Below are positions 29,380 through 42,900 of a stretch of 64,000 nt of DNA, piece by piece. The stretch comes from the human T2T-CHM13v2.0 reference genome, Homo sapiens: NCBI RefSeq assembly GCF_009914755.1, contig NC_060932.1; one strand, given 5' to 3'. Both the position numbers and the translations under genes were made by a program. The notes beneath the pieces are model-generated. The model did no database searches, was not told where the DNA came from, and worked only from the letters and a program-made list of their open reading frames with translations. Positions within the stretch are counted from its first letter, which is position 1. Every line of letters begins with the position of its first letter.

Positions 29380-29600
29380 TTCTGAAGTCCGCGGGCCTGA
29401 GAGGAACGCAAAACTCCCTCATTCCGAGTCAGTCACAAGAGGCCCCGCCCCCAGCGCTGCTGGATGCAGCGTCGATTGGCTGCCCCTACTGTCAAGGCCT
29501 CTCCTGGACGATTCTTCTCCACCAACAACCTATATCAGACATGAGATTGGCTTATGCACTGCTGAAGTCCTGCCCCCGGCTTGAGGAGGCCGGCGTCAAA
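29380..29600. promoter_or_regulatory. Promoter-like core: Sp1/KLF GC box plus two NF-Y CCAAT boxes in a CpG-retaining island
   Basis: GCCCCGCCCCC at 29442-29452. ATTGG at 29475-29479 (AGCCAATCG on minus) and 29546-29550 (AGCCAATCT on minus). About 24 CpGs counted by eye in 28981-29700. Confidence 0.5.
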
Positions 29601-29701
29601 GAGCTCTCCACAGCCTCTGCTGTTTTTATTGATACAAGGACAAGATTCATAAGGGAGTCAGGGACTTGGAGGGGCGAGGGTCTGAGCGGCCCTGGAAATT
29701 T

Positions 29702-29770
29702 CTGAATCCCAGGGCTGGAAGGACATGGAGACTTCTCCAGTTCTCACACTTTACAGACGATGTAACCTTC
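29702..29770 (-). mobile_element. MIR fragment
   Basis: gaatcccagggctggaaggacatggagacttctccagttctcacactttacagacgatgtaac matches the reverse-complemented MIR tail and core. Confidence 0.5.
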
Positions 29771-30091
29771 TCTCACAAAAGGTCTAGGGGCAGATCTGGT
29801 CTCCAAAAGAGGGACATGATGCTAAGCAGGTCCTGGGAGAGCAGGCTGTGCCAGGAAGAGTTTATTCTGCGTCTCTGTTCTATCTAGCTTTTGAGCTCAG
29901 AGATGAGGCGACTATCTAAGTTGGCCAAGGCCAGGGTATACACCATCAGGTTGATGGAGTTCTGCAGAAAGTGCAGAGCAAAAGCCTGGCCTCCACGGAA
30001 GAAGAGGAAGTTCTGAGTGGTCTGAGGGAGGCTGGACATGCACTCAGGGAGCTGAGCCCCGATGGATGCCTGTCTCCTTTATCCCATCCTG

Positions 30092-30302
30092 TTGTTTCCC
30101 CATTAACACTTACCACTTTCTAATAGTTACCGTAAATATATTTAATTACCATTTCTTCACTTATATTTCTTGTCTATCTCTTACTTAAAATGTAAGCCTC
30201 GTGAGGAAGGGATTTTCTGTTTTGTTCACTGATGCAACCTCAAAATATAGAACGGTTCTGGCACAGAGAATGTGACTAATAAACATTTTGGAATAAACTA
30301 AT
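30092..30302 (+). mobile_element. L2a 3' end
   Basis: aaatgtaagcctcgtgaggaagggattttctgttttgttcactgatg...ctggcacagag...aataaacattttggaataaac. Confidence 0.8.
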
Positions 30303-30989
30303 TCTAATATTTCATTTGTTTTTATGGAAGTCCAAAACAAAAGTGCTATTTGGTTTCAGTTATCCAAAGTCAACCACATAGACAGTATATTATTTGTTAA
30401 ATCTTGTCAAAAATTAACTGAACAATCAGGATTTCTTCCTCTATTTTTGAATTTACCAGAATAAAAAGCCAAAAATGTTGAACAATTAAATCCCAGTTTT
30501 ATGTTCACCAAATTGTCTTAATTGGAAACTTTTTACAAAAAGAAAGATGCAAGTATCTTGTGATAATCAAAATAAGTATCCTAGAATTTTTAAATTATTT
30601 GTAGTCATTTCAGGAATTATGACATTTTTCTTGAGAATTTGTGAATGCTTAAATGTATGGCTCCAGACAGTTGCAGAATAATGGAACAAATTATTACTAA
30701 TTACATTGCTTAGTGGTGTGCATTTGATTCTATAAATAATCAGGATAGGTCTGGGTGTGTGTCACAGTGGCAAGCATAATCAAATATTAAAGAATCCGTA
30801 ACTAACACAATATTGTTTCAGAATACTACTGTAACTTCTTTGAAATTAGGTCTGTATCTTATAAAGTTTTATCTTGTTTTATATGTATGCTTACCTAGCG
30901 TACCAAAGAGGAAAGACAGACTTCCTAAGGAAATAAAGCAACTCTGAAATAATAGCCAATGTGGGACCATGTACTGTTAGATAGTTTGA

Positions 30990-31312
<323 letters not shown>

Positions 31313-31891
31313 AAACTTCAATTCTTACTCGGAAAAATCAGTGGCAATAAAGTGAATACAAACAGCTTTTCTATGGATACTTTTTTAACAATCCACAGAA
31401 TTCATGCTTTTGTCAGTTATATTAAAGTCTTTATAAAGCAGTATTTTATGACATGAAGCAACATTTTTCTGAAAGAATACTCTAGATTAAAAAAGAAAGA
31501 TTACATTTGAATAATTACATACTTCTTAAACTTTTATATAATATTTTATTAAACATGATTGCATTTACTCTGCATAATGATTTTGCGTGTCAGGTAGGCT
31601 CATTGGACCTACATTATCCTTGTGATACAGTATTAAGATGACAGCAGAAAAATAAGAACCATGGTAGATTTGTCAGTGTTCTTTTCCCTTGTCCTGTGTC
31701 TACCTTCATTTTTCACTTTCTGTCAGTAAACTAAATTTATGTGAATAAGCAAACTCAGTTACATTAATGATCTGAAAACCCTACAAGTCTGAATATTTTC
31801 TCTATCCAAACTTTTGAATTCTACTCTTAGAACCAGTGAGTATACAGCATTTTGTGTTTTATAAGTCTCTTATAGAAGTCAAATGACTTCA

Positions 31892-32178
<287 letters not shown>

Positions 32179-33124
32179 TCATATGCCTTCCAGCTTTTAT
32201 ACTCTGAACACTCCAAAAGTTTCAAGGACACCTGAGGGCAGCAAACAAAGTGCCCAGGGGCCCATATCCTAGACATTCCTGACTACTAAGTTGCACTCTT
32301 TGATTTTCTCTGTTCTAGTAGGAAAAAAAAAAAAAAGTGCTCAGGGCTTCTAAAATGCAAGTCAGTGGTGCTAATATTAATAATGAACTGTCTACTTTTC
32401 AATACAGAATTGGCTTTAACATAATGTTGACAGATCAACTGACAAGAACGATTATTTTTTAAGAATAGGAAACATAAAATCACAGCAGACACACACAAAA
32501 AAGCAGATCAATAAATATGAAGATCTCAGAAACAAAAGGGCAAACTATATTCTATGGTACATTGACTTGTTGTGCCTTTATGTTGACATTTTCAATTGTA
32601 TGGAAGCTTTTTAAATAAGCAAGATCTGATGGTAGCACGTATTAAAAATGATCTTAGAAAGGAATGTAAAAAGGAGAAGCAATTTGAAATATTTATTTTC
32701 TGTTTATAATTCATATAAATATTGATAAAGAGAATATTTTCAGGGATTACATGGGTGTATGCTATCCATATCCATATGATATATAATAGGATATATGATT
32801 CAGAAGGCTGACAACATTTCACATTGCAGAATGTGTCTTATGGTGTGTCCAACATTACAGCACATCTCATCATTTTACAAAAATCTCTCAATGGCCAAAA
32901 TGACATTCCCATGAGAAGATTTACTTTTAAGCAAGTAGGTACAATCAGTTCTCTTTAGCGGAAATAAAAACATTGTTGCTTCATTTAGAAAATTATCCTC
33001 AATTTTAACATAAATTTAAAAATTTAAAATAGATATTTAAACATATGATTTCTAAAGTTAAAAAAAGTTTTATATTTCTTAGAAGGCATAGATCTGAGTA
33101 ATGTATATATCTAGTTTCCATGAC

Positions 33125-33185
33125 TGCATATATTGTAACATATATGTGTATGTATATGTGTGGGTGTATATACATATATATAAAA
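33125..33185. repeat. (TA/TG) low-complexity tract
   Basis: catatatgtgtatgtatatgtgtgggtgtatatacatatata. Confidence 0.7.
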
Positions 33186-34624
33186 TTCATGAAATAAAAA
33201 GGAATAAAACAATGAGAGAAAGAAAAAATTGATTTATTCTGTAAACTTTTAAACCTATCACATTTAAGATGCTCAGATATATTGTTAAAAACATTTGTAT
33301 TCTACACAGAGCACATTCAATTACCTACAGAAATAAATTATGGATGATTGGTGATCTGATTTATAAGCTTGCCAACAGAGTTCAGAAGCAATGTATCAGA
33401 AACAAAAAGACTACCACATCTTAAATAAGAAAATGGCATTAAGGAATTTGCCAACTATTCCAATGATATAAAGATCACACATGTCAAAACAAGAATAAGT
33501 TTATATCAAGCTTTACAGAATAGTACAGAAAATTAAAGAAAAAACATTTTAAAAATATATATTTGTACGTATCTACCCATTCATTTTAAGCATAGAGAAT
33601 CTGAAAGAGTGGTTTTAGCTTCATGACTTATGCCCAGAAGAGACTGCTCTCTGATTGTTGTTGTCTAACTGGCAATTGTTAAAATAAATATATGTGAAGT
33701 CACTTTAAATATAAATATTAAGCATATGAGCCAATCCAAACCTCATATACAAATCAAAATACTTTATATATAGATCCATGATTACCTATTCTTTCAACTA
33801 CATAATTTGAGGGTAGAATTATATATTCCCATTTTACAGCAATTTAAAATTCTGCAAGGATGAAGTTTCCAGATCTAGCAACAGTGACATAACATTTGGT
33901 GGGAGAAGGGAAGTGAGAAAGGGTGTGTTGTGAAGGAATTATTTCCAAATTGTCATCTTCCAATTTTATTTCAACAATTTAGCGAAGATTCAACATTAAA
34001 AGTGAAAAAAATACTCTAACAATTTTTCCACAATATACTGAAAATGTGGTAATTCTTTTGAAGTTGACACTTTACTAAATAAATGCTGTATTTCTGTCCT
34101 ACAATGAAAAAATACGCTGTTGGTTACATTAGCCTGGAAGGCTATTCTAAGAGTTATTTCATTCCACCTACTGCTTCCAGTGAGAACAACACATAGTCTG
34201 GATAGATAAATGATTGTCCATTATAATTGCCAAATGAGGGTTATTTTTTTTAACTAAACTTGCTGATATCTCCAAAATTAATACTTTGGGTATTTGTCAA
34301 ATTATATATACATTTCAAGTATCTCCATTCTGACAACAATAATGGTCTTCTATAGAAAAACTACAGATTTTTATGTTTAATAAATTGTTTTTTACCGTTA
34401 AAGCTCTATTTGCAAATTTCTAAATTTTACTCTCTTTGAATTTGTTTCAGTTACTCAAACTTCACACACTAAAGGATTACACTTAGAATATACAAACAGA
34501 TATTTGTTGACCACCTACAATGTAAATACATATTTGAATTGTTTTAAGGTCTAATATGTTAACTACAGCAAAAATGCTACATTTGTGATAAAGACACTAC
34601 TGATCACTTTGGTCACCCAACTGT

Positions 34625-34732
34625 ATTATAATTTTCTGAAGGTCAGGTCTTCATTTGAAATTCATCACATTGCTTACAGCATGAGGACATAACAGGCGCT
34701 CAGTAAATGTATGCTGAATTGCATTAAATGTC
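34625..34732 (+). mobile_element. L2 3' terminus
   Basis: gacataacaggcgctcagtaaatgtatgctgaattg. Confidence 0.6.
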
Positions 34733-35059
34733 AACACCTAACCTTCAATGAAAAGTCATCACTTTTTTCTATCAAGGAAAAGAGCAAATGTGACAAGATG
34801 ATATGTCAATAACAAACTATGAAAAGAGGAAATGTTTTCAAGACTTCACTCAAAACTTACCTTCACTTTTTACATTATAATACATTTGGAGATCTGTTTC
34901 TGGTACTTGTTTAATTTTTTGTTTCCTATTAGTAGGATTTGGATATTTTGACTTTGAAAATATTTTCATGCACCTAACTTGTAGTAAACATTAATAAACA
35001 CTAACTTTACAATACATGTAGTTACATATTTAATAAGTAACCAAGTAAAGATGTAAAAA

Positions 35060-35155
35060 TAGGTTGTCCTTGGGTTTTTAAGTATTGGCTTTTCCTCATC
35101 AATAAATGGGAATTAGATGTATCTGTGAATCTTTATTACATTAAAATTCTGACCA
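35060..35155 (+). mobile_element. MIR fragment
   Basis: ttttcctcatcaataaatgggaattagatg...aaaattctga. Confidence 0.45.
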
Positions 35156-35410
35156 AAGGAGAAGTGTGAAAATATTTTAGCTGTCCAAGTTAAATTAAGG
35201 GTAACATTTTCTTTTGGAGTATGTAAATGAGATTTTCCTCTAGCCTTTCAACCTTAAAAACTTACATCTTCTATGGGAAAAGGGGAATTAGGTATCTGTA
35301 AGTAAAGGATACATTCAACGGGATTTGAATTCAATTTTTTTAAAAAGCAATTCTGCAAATATGCTTACCATCTAATAAGAAAAATTAAAAAGTTATTAAT
35401 CAAGATAATA

Positions 35411-35700
35411 GTCCAAGTGTGGTGGCTCATGCCAGGTGTCATGGCCCAGCACTTCGGTAGGCAAAGGTGGGAGTAAACGTTTGAGGCCAGGCATTCGAGA
35501 CCAGCCTGGACAACGTAGCAAGACTCTCTGTCTCTAAAAATTTAAAAATTAGCTGGTCATGATAGCTAACGCATGCCTATAGTCCAAGCTACTTGGGAGG
35601 CTGAGGCAGTAGGTTTGCTTGACCCAGTTCAAGGTTAAAGTGAGCTGTTATCATACTACTGCACTGCAGCCTGGATAACAGAGACCCCATCTCTTAAAAA
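35411..35700 (+). mobile_element. AluJ (Jr/Jo-like), diverged
   Basis: tttgaggccaggcattcgagaccagcctgg, gcttgacccagttcaaggt. TSD AAGATAATAGT at 35402-35412 and 35699-35709. Confidence 0.88.
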
Positions 35701-36204
35701 GATAATAGTGACCTCTGTTGTTTCACACTTGTGTTACTGCATAACTAAGAGAGGTATTAGAGCATGTGGATTTTACAATAAAATATTATTATACATGGAT
35801 ATAATAGAAAAATCTGATGTGAATTCAACATTCTCCTCCTTATAAGTTTCAGGAATCAATTGAATGACTTGCTAAATAACATTATTTGTGCTTAAGCTCA
35901 TTTCAAATTAACTTTTACATTTAGTAGCACTTCTGATAATGTATCAATAAAACAGCCTGTATTTTTTTCAATCAAGTCAATGACTAATGCCAACAAATAG
36001 GCTTCCCCTTCTCCCTCACTACCAACCCAACACACCAACTCCAGTAACATAGGATGTTTAACAAGTCCTTCTCAGGAAAAAAGAAATAAAAAAAGAACAT
36101 CAAAGCAAAATATGGGCATATCTCCCTTTGTCCTTCCATAATTATGCTTTTGTTCTTCCTAGCTACAGAAAGCCTACCAACATCCATCTGGTAGCCAGCA
36201 CTGG

Positions 36205-36340
36205 ATTGTATTCTTAAACTTTTTCTAATTTTAGCTTTGTACTGGTTAAAATTATATAATTTAAGTAGGAATATTGTATTCTTAAACTTTTTCTAATTTT
36301 AGCTTTGTACTGGTTAAAATTATATAATTTAAGTAGGAAT
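36205..36340. repeat. Perfect 68-bp tandem duplication
   Basis: 36205-36272 is identical to 36273-36340. Confidence 0.97.
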
Positions 36341-36879
36341 ATATTCATGTTTTTATAAACATATATAAATAATTATATGTGCATGTGGAGTTAAATACCT
36401 AATATCCTTATTGACTTGCTGACCTTTGATCCATGAGATCACAAACTTTCCTATACCACTTCTAGAAGTAATCATTACTATTAATTTTATGTATATTTAA
36501 TATACTTATGAACTTACTTATACATATACAAGTGAAAATTGAATTATAATTTTCACAAATTTTTAAAGAAGTTTGTATAAATGGGCTATTACTATATGCA
36601 CTGTCCTATAATGTGTCTCCTTTACTATACATATTGTAGAACTTTATACATCAGTGTGTGTAGTATTTGCTGCTATGTATCATTTCATGGAACTAATGTA
36701 TCTGGTTTTATTTATGTATATCAGCTTAAGCATACATGCAATGGTTTCTTCAGAATAAAGAAGAGTAAGTGGAATTATTAATTATATAAATTTAGAATCC
36801 CACGGCCTTAAATTTGAGGTGAGAGCAATCAGCATGACATGTTATTTTCTCCAGCAAAACTGTGTATCTATGTATCCTT

Positions 36880-38516
36880 TTCTATGACTCAGTTCAACAT
36901 CTTAATGGTGGTCTGCCATGCCTCTGATTCAGCCCTGGCCTAGTTCTTCAAATTGATTTCTTACCAAACTACCCTAGAACTATATGGAAAACTTTAGTTC
37001 ACTCTTGTTATGACATTTTGTATTACTCACATCTCTTAAATTCTCTCTTTTTTAATCTGGCTTAGAGTTCGTGGCCCAATTACATAATTACTTTCTCAAA
37101 ATTATTATTTCTCTTTTCCCATTTTCCTTCTATTCAGAAAAATATCTAATTTTATTCACAACAAAATTGTTGTCTACTCCATACCTAGACTCTCATAACT
37201 AAACATTTTGAGAGAAAATAACATTATTGCTTAATTTTCTTACTTCAGACTCATGACTACAAGTACGTCGACACTCAAAACTACTGGGAGATACGTGTTT
37301 TTCTCATGAATATATGTACCAATTCTTCAATACATTTTTTTAAGAAAATGAAAACAATCCCATGAAGATATCATATTTCTACCAGGAAATCTACCATCCA
37401 CTCTTATATGTATCTTTATTATTTTCTTTGTGTTCTGTAGCAATTGAAAAATTGCCCATATTCTTATCAAGACAAATTTCCTATTTGTTTGTCTATCATT
37501 TGCTCCTTCAATCATTCCCACTAGTTTTCTCCTGAATCATTCAAAACAATATTAAAATATGTTCTAATCTCCCTCATCTTTTAAGAAATCCCAACTTTAT
37601 GTTTTCCTCCAGCAACTGCCCATTTCTTGCTTCCCTTTAAAGTGATACTCCTGGAAAAAACTTTCTGTACACGCTGTCTTCATTTCCTTGTCTAACATTT
37701 TTTTCTTTAATCCATTCCTCATGGGCTTTCATCCACTCCACTTTACTTAAATGTCTCTAGTGGATTACAAGGCTCTTTGGTAAGAGCTTCTCTCTATTCT
37801 GGAACACTGTGCCCTAGATGTCTGTATAGGTCTCTCGTTCTCACTTTTCTTACATAACCTATTCTGTAAGAACCTCCCTGACTGCTACATTTAAAATGTT
37901 ATCTAACATTTGAAATGTTATCTACTACCTAGATAGATCGTCCCCTTTCCCTACTTTATTTTCCTTCATAATCTTATTCACTACATAGCATATTTTATAT
38001 TTCAGTTAGTTTATTATCTGTAACACCAACCATTGTAATGTATGTTTTATTCAACACTGTATTATCATCTGCTACAACTCTTTCTTCCACCAAAAAGTCT
38101 CACTCTGTCGCCCAGGCTGGAGTGCAGTGGCGTGATCTCGACTCACTGCAACCTCCACCTCCTGCGTTCAAGCAATTCTCTTCCTCAGCCTCCTGAGTAG
38201 CTGGGATTACAGACGTTAAGCCACCGCGCCCGGCCTTGAGAAGTATTTCATAGGTTCTCATCATTCTGCACTGTTTGGATTTCCTTCTGTACTATTAAAC
38301 TCTCATTTTTCACAAAATTTGATAACTCCTCCTATTATAAAGTGTTTGAGTCCATTGTCCTGAGACTTAGTCATAGGAGACCTTCTTTTCTGAGTGTGCA
38401 CTTTTTACCCAAGTGATCTCAACAAGTCCCCAAGCTTTAAATATCATCCATATTCTGCTGACTCTCATGTCTATAACTGTAATCCTAAATTTTCCCTTGA
38501 GCTTCAGACTTGTATA
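36880..38516 (+). mobile_element. L2 fragments (left part of a long fragmented L2)
   Basis: tttcttgcttccctttaaagtgatactcctggaaaaaac, ctttaaatatcatccatattctgctgactctcatgtctataac...cttcagacttgtata. Confidence 0.65.
38096..38235 (-). mobile_element. AluS-derived monomer (right arm fused to left-arm 5' end), no tail
   Basis: Right-arm text (gtctcactctgtcgcccaggctgg...tcctgagtagctgggattacag) ends in the left-arm terminus agccaccgcgcccggcc. Confidence 0.8.
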
Positions 38517-38519
38517 AAA

Positions 38520-39349
38520 TTATGATGTGAATTGTATGTTAAAATCATTTTCTACATTCTGGTTTACTGCAAAAACAGAAAATATTAGAAGGATGAGCAT
38601 AACATTCTTTAAGTTTTAAGTTCAAGAGAAGAAGGGTTATAAAGGAAGATTGGTTGATTTTTCAGGGATAGCAGAGTTTCTTGAGTATATCTCTTCTGAG
38701 ATCCTTACTTCTCCATAGTAGAGGCAAGGCATTTGGCATTGTTATTTATCAAGTTGAGGTACTGTAAAAATTGCTCTTAAAGTTTGAAGATGAACCTTCT
38801 CAAGTACCAGGCAAAGGCTTGCAAACCGCAGAAGGTCTTATATGAGAAGCTGGCATAAAAACTGTGACAGTTGGGTGAAGAGGATAAGATGAGAGGGCAG
38901 CAGGACACAGAAAGGACCCATGAGATTCCCAAGATCCTGAAAGAGGATAAGGTAGTGTTGTCCTGGTAGAGTGTATCCAGATGATTAAGAGGAAAAATAT
39001 CACCAAACATTATAATGATGATAACTCTTTTGGACATCAGAAAGGATGCACCCCCACTCTGATGATTTCTTGTGTCTTAAATCCAGAACAGAGGAAACAG
39101 TGCTTGAGTGCTTGAACAGAGCAGAGGAAACACTGTCTACACGAAAACACTTAAGCAGCAGGAACCATAAGTGTGGAACACCCATGTAGTATGAACCCAT
39201 CCTGCAACTACTGAATGCCAGTGTTAGAAAGAAAACTTTCAATGACAGCAGAAACTGATGCACCATCCTAGTTATCATACAGCAGCATACCAAAGCAGAG
39301 ATAAAGCAAGTTTCTGATGGTGATGTTTAAGTGTTTTCATTGCTAAACA
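38520..39349. mobile_element. Unclassified insertion of about 830 bp splitting an L2 (probably an old LTR)
   Basis: The L2 breaks at cttcagacttgtata (about 38516) and resumes collinearly at atattcaaattatctacttaacattttcacctggg (about 39350). Confidence 0.45.
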
Positions 39350-40306
39350 ATATATTCAAATTATCTACTTAACATTTTCACCTGGGTTTCTAATATGTAT
39401 CTCAAACTCAGTATGTCCAAACTGGAACTTTTGATGTTTTCTCTACAAGCATATCCTTCTTCTATTCTTTAATATCACATGGAATGGCAGCATTACACAC
39501 CAATTGGTTGAACATTCAAGAGTCATCTTTGAATTATCTGTTCTCTTCACTCTCAGAAGGCCAGCCATTTGCAAATCCTCTTCTGCTTCCAAAATGCATC
39601 TGATTTTGTTTTACTTTCTTTGTTGTTACTATCATATACGGAAAGTCCCCATGGTCTCACCTAGACCTGGAAATAGTCTCTTCTGATTCTATTGAGCACT
39701 CTACAAATTGGTCTTCAGCCAATAGCCAAAGCATTTTTTATAACCTATGTGTCACTGCTATGCTTAACTTCTCAAACTTGGAATGAAATTTTGACTTTTT
39801 ATTGGGCTTTACATAGCCTGGAAATTCTGGTCTTCGTTTACTCTCTTATCTCCTTTCCCATGAAGTAATTTTACATTTACTACTTTTCTAGTCACACTGA
39901 CATTTCTTAATCTTTAAATTTGGGAAGCTGTTTGCCACCACCAGGCCTTTGCACATGCTGTTTGCTAAGCTTGGAATGCCTTTCCTCAAAATGGCTCTTT
40001 GGATAGCTAATTTTTCAGTTATCTACTCAAAAGCTTATTCCTCAAATGGCTGTACTACAATGTCTAACCCAAAATAGGCCCTCCCTACTGCAGTTCACTA
40101 TGCCATTTTAACACTCATAATGTTTTCAGTTTTTGGAACTATTTTACTTATTTATTTTTCAATAATTTCAGAAGCCCTGGCCTTAGAATGTAAGAGTCAT
40201 GCAACCAGAGACCTTGCTTATATTATTCACCAATCTATCTTAGAACTTTGGAAGAATACAGAGTCTAATTTAGAAAAGCTTCTGAAAATGTAATTGAAAA
40301 GAATGT
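39350..40306 (+). mobile_element. L2a, right part including 3' end
   Basis: tctcaaactcagtatgtccaaactggaact, caggcctttgcacatgctgtttgctaagcttggaatgcc, tagaatgtaagagtcatgc. Confidence 0.8.
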
Positions 40307-40732
40307 TTAGTATCAATTTATCTTTAAGAAAAGAAAATTTAACTCTTCTTTTTCAGTCAAAAGAATGTATCTCTATCAGGGGTCTTTGGACACCAGTGTG
40401 AATCTCATTAGAGCCAAAAATTTACCAGAACATAAATTTAGAACAACTCATAATAAATATTTATGAAATTATAATTTTGGCCATATTATTATCACTCACC
40501 ATTATCCAGAACACAAATTTCAAAATTAGCACTCAATGATTTCATTTGAAATAATCATAAGAAAATTTTGTTATTAGTAATATTGATAGATATAAAATAT
40601 TTACATACGACAAGAACCAACACTCCCATATTCTATACATAAAATGAAAAGCTTTCTTTTTTAAAAATTCTATTCTACTTTTATATATCAGATGGCTTCA
40701 AAATAATTACTAATTTTAGAAGCAATGAGATG

Positions 40733-40774
40733 AATAGATATGTAGGATATGAAAATAGATATGTAGGATATGAA
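40733..40774. repeat. Perfect 21-bp tandem duplication
   Basis: AATAGATATGTAGGATATGAA x2. Confidence 0.9.
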
Positions 40775-41382
40775 AAAAATATTAATAGAATTGTGCTCAC
40801 CTTGGTAGATAACTATGGTATTGAACTACATTGTAATACGTGTCCTAAATAAAAGACTAAAATAGAAATTATGCAAACATTTTGTTTAATCTATTATAGA
40901 ATCACTAAAGAAAAATTAGCTATTTTTACTTAGTAAGTGGAATATTTTAATGATCTGAAAGGGAGGATTTTTAAAACTGAATATGCTGTTCTTCATAAAA
41001 TAAGAAAATATGTTTATATGGAAATATTTTAATTGAAATATCAAAATTCCATAGAATATTTACATCAGTTGGTACACAGCTTCTTTCAAATAAATTTTAT
41101 TACCCTATCAAGAAAGCTTTTGAGAATTATAATCTAACTTTATTTCTTTTTATTGTTTTTAATTAGTTATATATTTTATTTCATGGGTTAGCCAGTTTGA
41201 AACATTAAGTATTGTGGGTTGAAGTAGAACATGACCTGATTTTAAATATTCCCAGCTAAAGTTAAATAAAATATGCATACTTTAGATAAAGTTTGAATAT
41301 TATGTTTGTATTGCTTTTTACCTAACTTATTGAGTTTGCTGGGTTTTTTTAATAAACTTTCAAAACAAGGGAAAATATCCTA

Positions 41383-41562
41383 TGATGTAGGATAGTACAG
41401 AAAAATGTTGGAAATACAGCCCTTAAGTTTAGTTTTGTCTGGTATTGATACATGACATGGAATAAGTCAATTTATTCATTAGCATTCCAATTTTTATATT
41501 AGAAACATTCATAATAAAAATAATACACTTAAAGATGCTAAGTTGATGAAAAAGTAACATGG
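41383..41562 (+). mobile_element. MIR, diverged
   Basis: gatagtacagaaaaatgttgg...taagttttagttttgtctgg...atgacatggaataagtcaattta. Confidence 0.5.
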
Positions 41563-42900
41563 GGGTACTTATATTGCAATTTTTATTTTAAATGTTCCCT
41601 TAGGTACTGTTTCTACTTTAATTAAAACTATTTCATAAATCTAAAGAAGAAGCTTCCCTAGCGATACCTGTAAACTCCACATTTTCTTATGGCTTCACTT
41701 ATTTTAAAGTGCTGAAAGAGCCAAAATTTTATTTTTTACTCTATAGTTAGTTTTTAATTAAAATATTCAATGCCACCTACTAAAAAAACCCACACAATCA
41801 AATACAGTAAAAAGAAGTATACTGGAGATAATATAGACTTCAACAAATTAACTATAATTATTCTTGATTAATAGCTAACACATCACACTATAGCTAGCAT
41901 GGCAAAAGGTAAGTGGTACTATAACCATCTGGAAATTAACAAATTTATTCAATAAATTACATAAAGTAACATTAATGTTTTATTATACATAGCAGAAAGC
42001 CTACTCATGATTCCCCAAAGACATTTGTGATGGTTAAAAATCTAAACAGTTTAGAAACTGACAGTAAAAACGCATACAAATGTTCATCCCTGTAGGCATC
42101 TCAAAGCAATTTGGATGATTTTATTTTGTGTAAGTTAGATTATATAACCCAAAACATACATTCCCATCACTGCATGAAACAAAGCTTATTATACTGGTGC
42201 TTTGAGACACTAATCTAGCACCTGGAAAATGGAAAAGTAAGAAAAGATTTGTCTCTGGTACCCTTGGCCTTCATTTGGAATGATCCTTTCACAGTACCTT
42301 GATAACAGCTGCCCTGAAATTGTTGCATCTTACTTCCCTAGTTTACAATCCACTCATTTTCCCTCCTATCTTTTATATTGTTCTGCATTTGATGCAGAAC
42401 AATAAATGCTGGCACATGAATCAGATACAAATTTTCCATGCTAATATTTTCACAAACTACTTATTAACTAAAAGGAAACTACTATTTAAAACATATTTAA
42501 AATTGACATATTTCTTCATAAATTTGAAAAGTGGCTTAAATGTTGAAAAAGATCTGAGGTTATGGTTGTATGTAAGATGCAGATGTCATTTGCTAATTAG
42601 CTTAAGTTTCAGAACTATGAATCACTTTAAAGATATCAGCTATTTCTAAGAAAGTTTGATCTATTGGGAACAAAGAAAGGAAGACAGAGATTTAGAGAAG
42701 GTTCTGCTACTTTTGCTTCTGGGTGTTCATTGGAAACAGCCCTGGGAATTTTCCGTTTAAACTGCAGGAGGAAAAATAAGCAGCCAGAGAGTTAGCAGAA
42801 GATATAGGCAAGGGTAATTTTTTTTCTTTTAATATGATATGCAAATTAATTAGAAGCAATTAACCTAGCAGTAGGACTGAAGACTTTAGGGCCTTGTTTT

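Noticed and set aside
29216-29584. 122-aa ORF across the GC-rich island
   Set aside because: Starts at TTG and runs through an A-rich duplication; openness is explained by composition.
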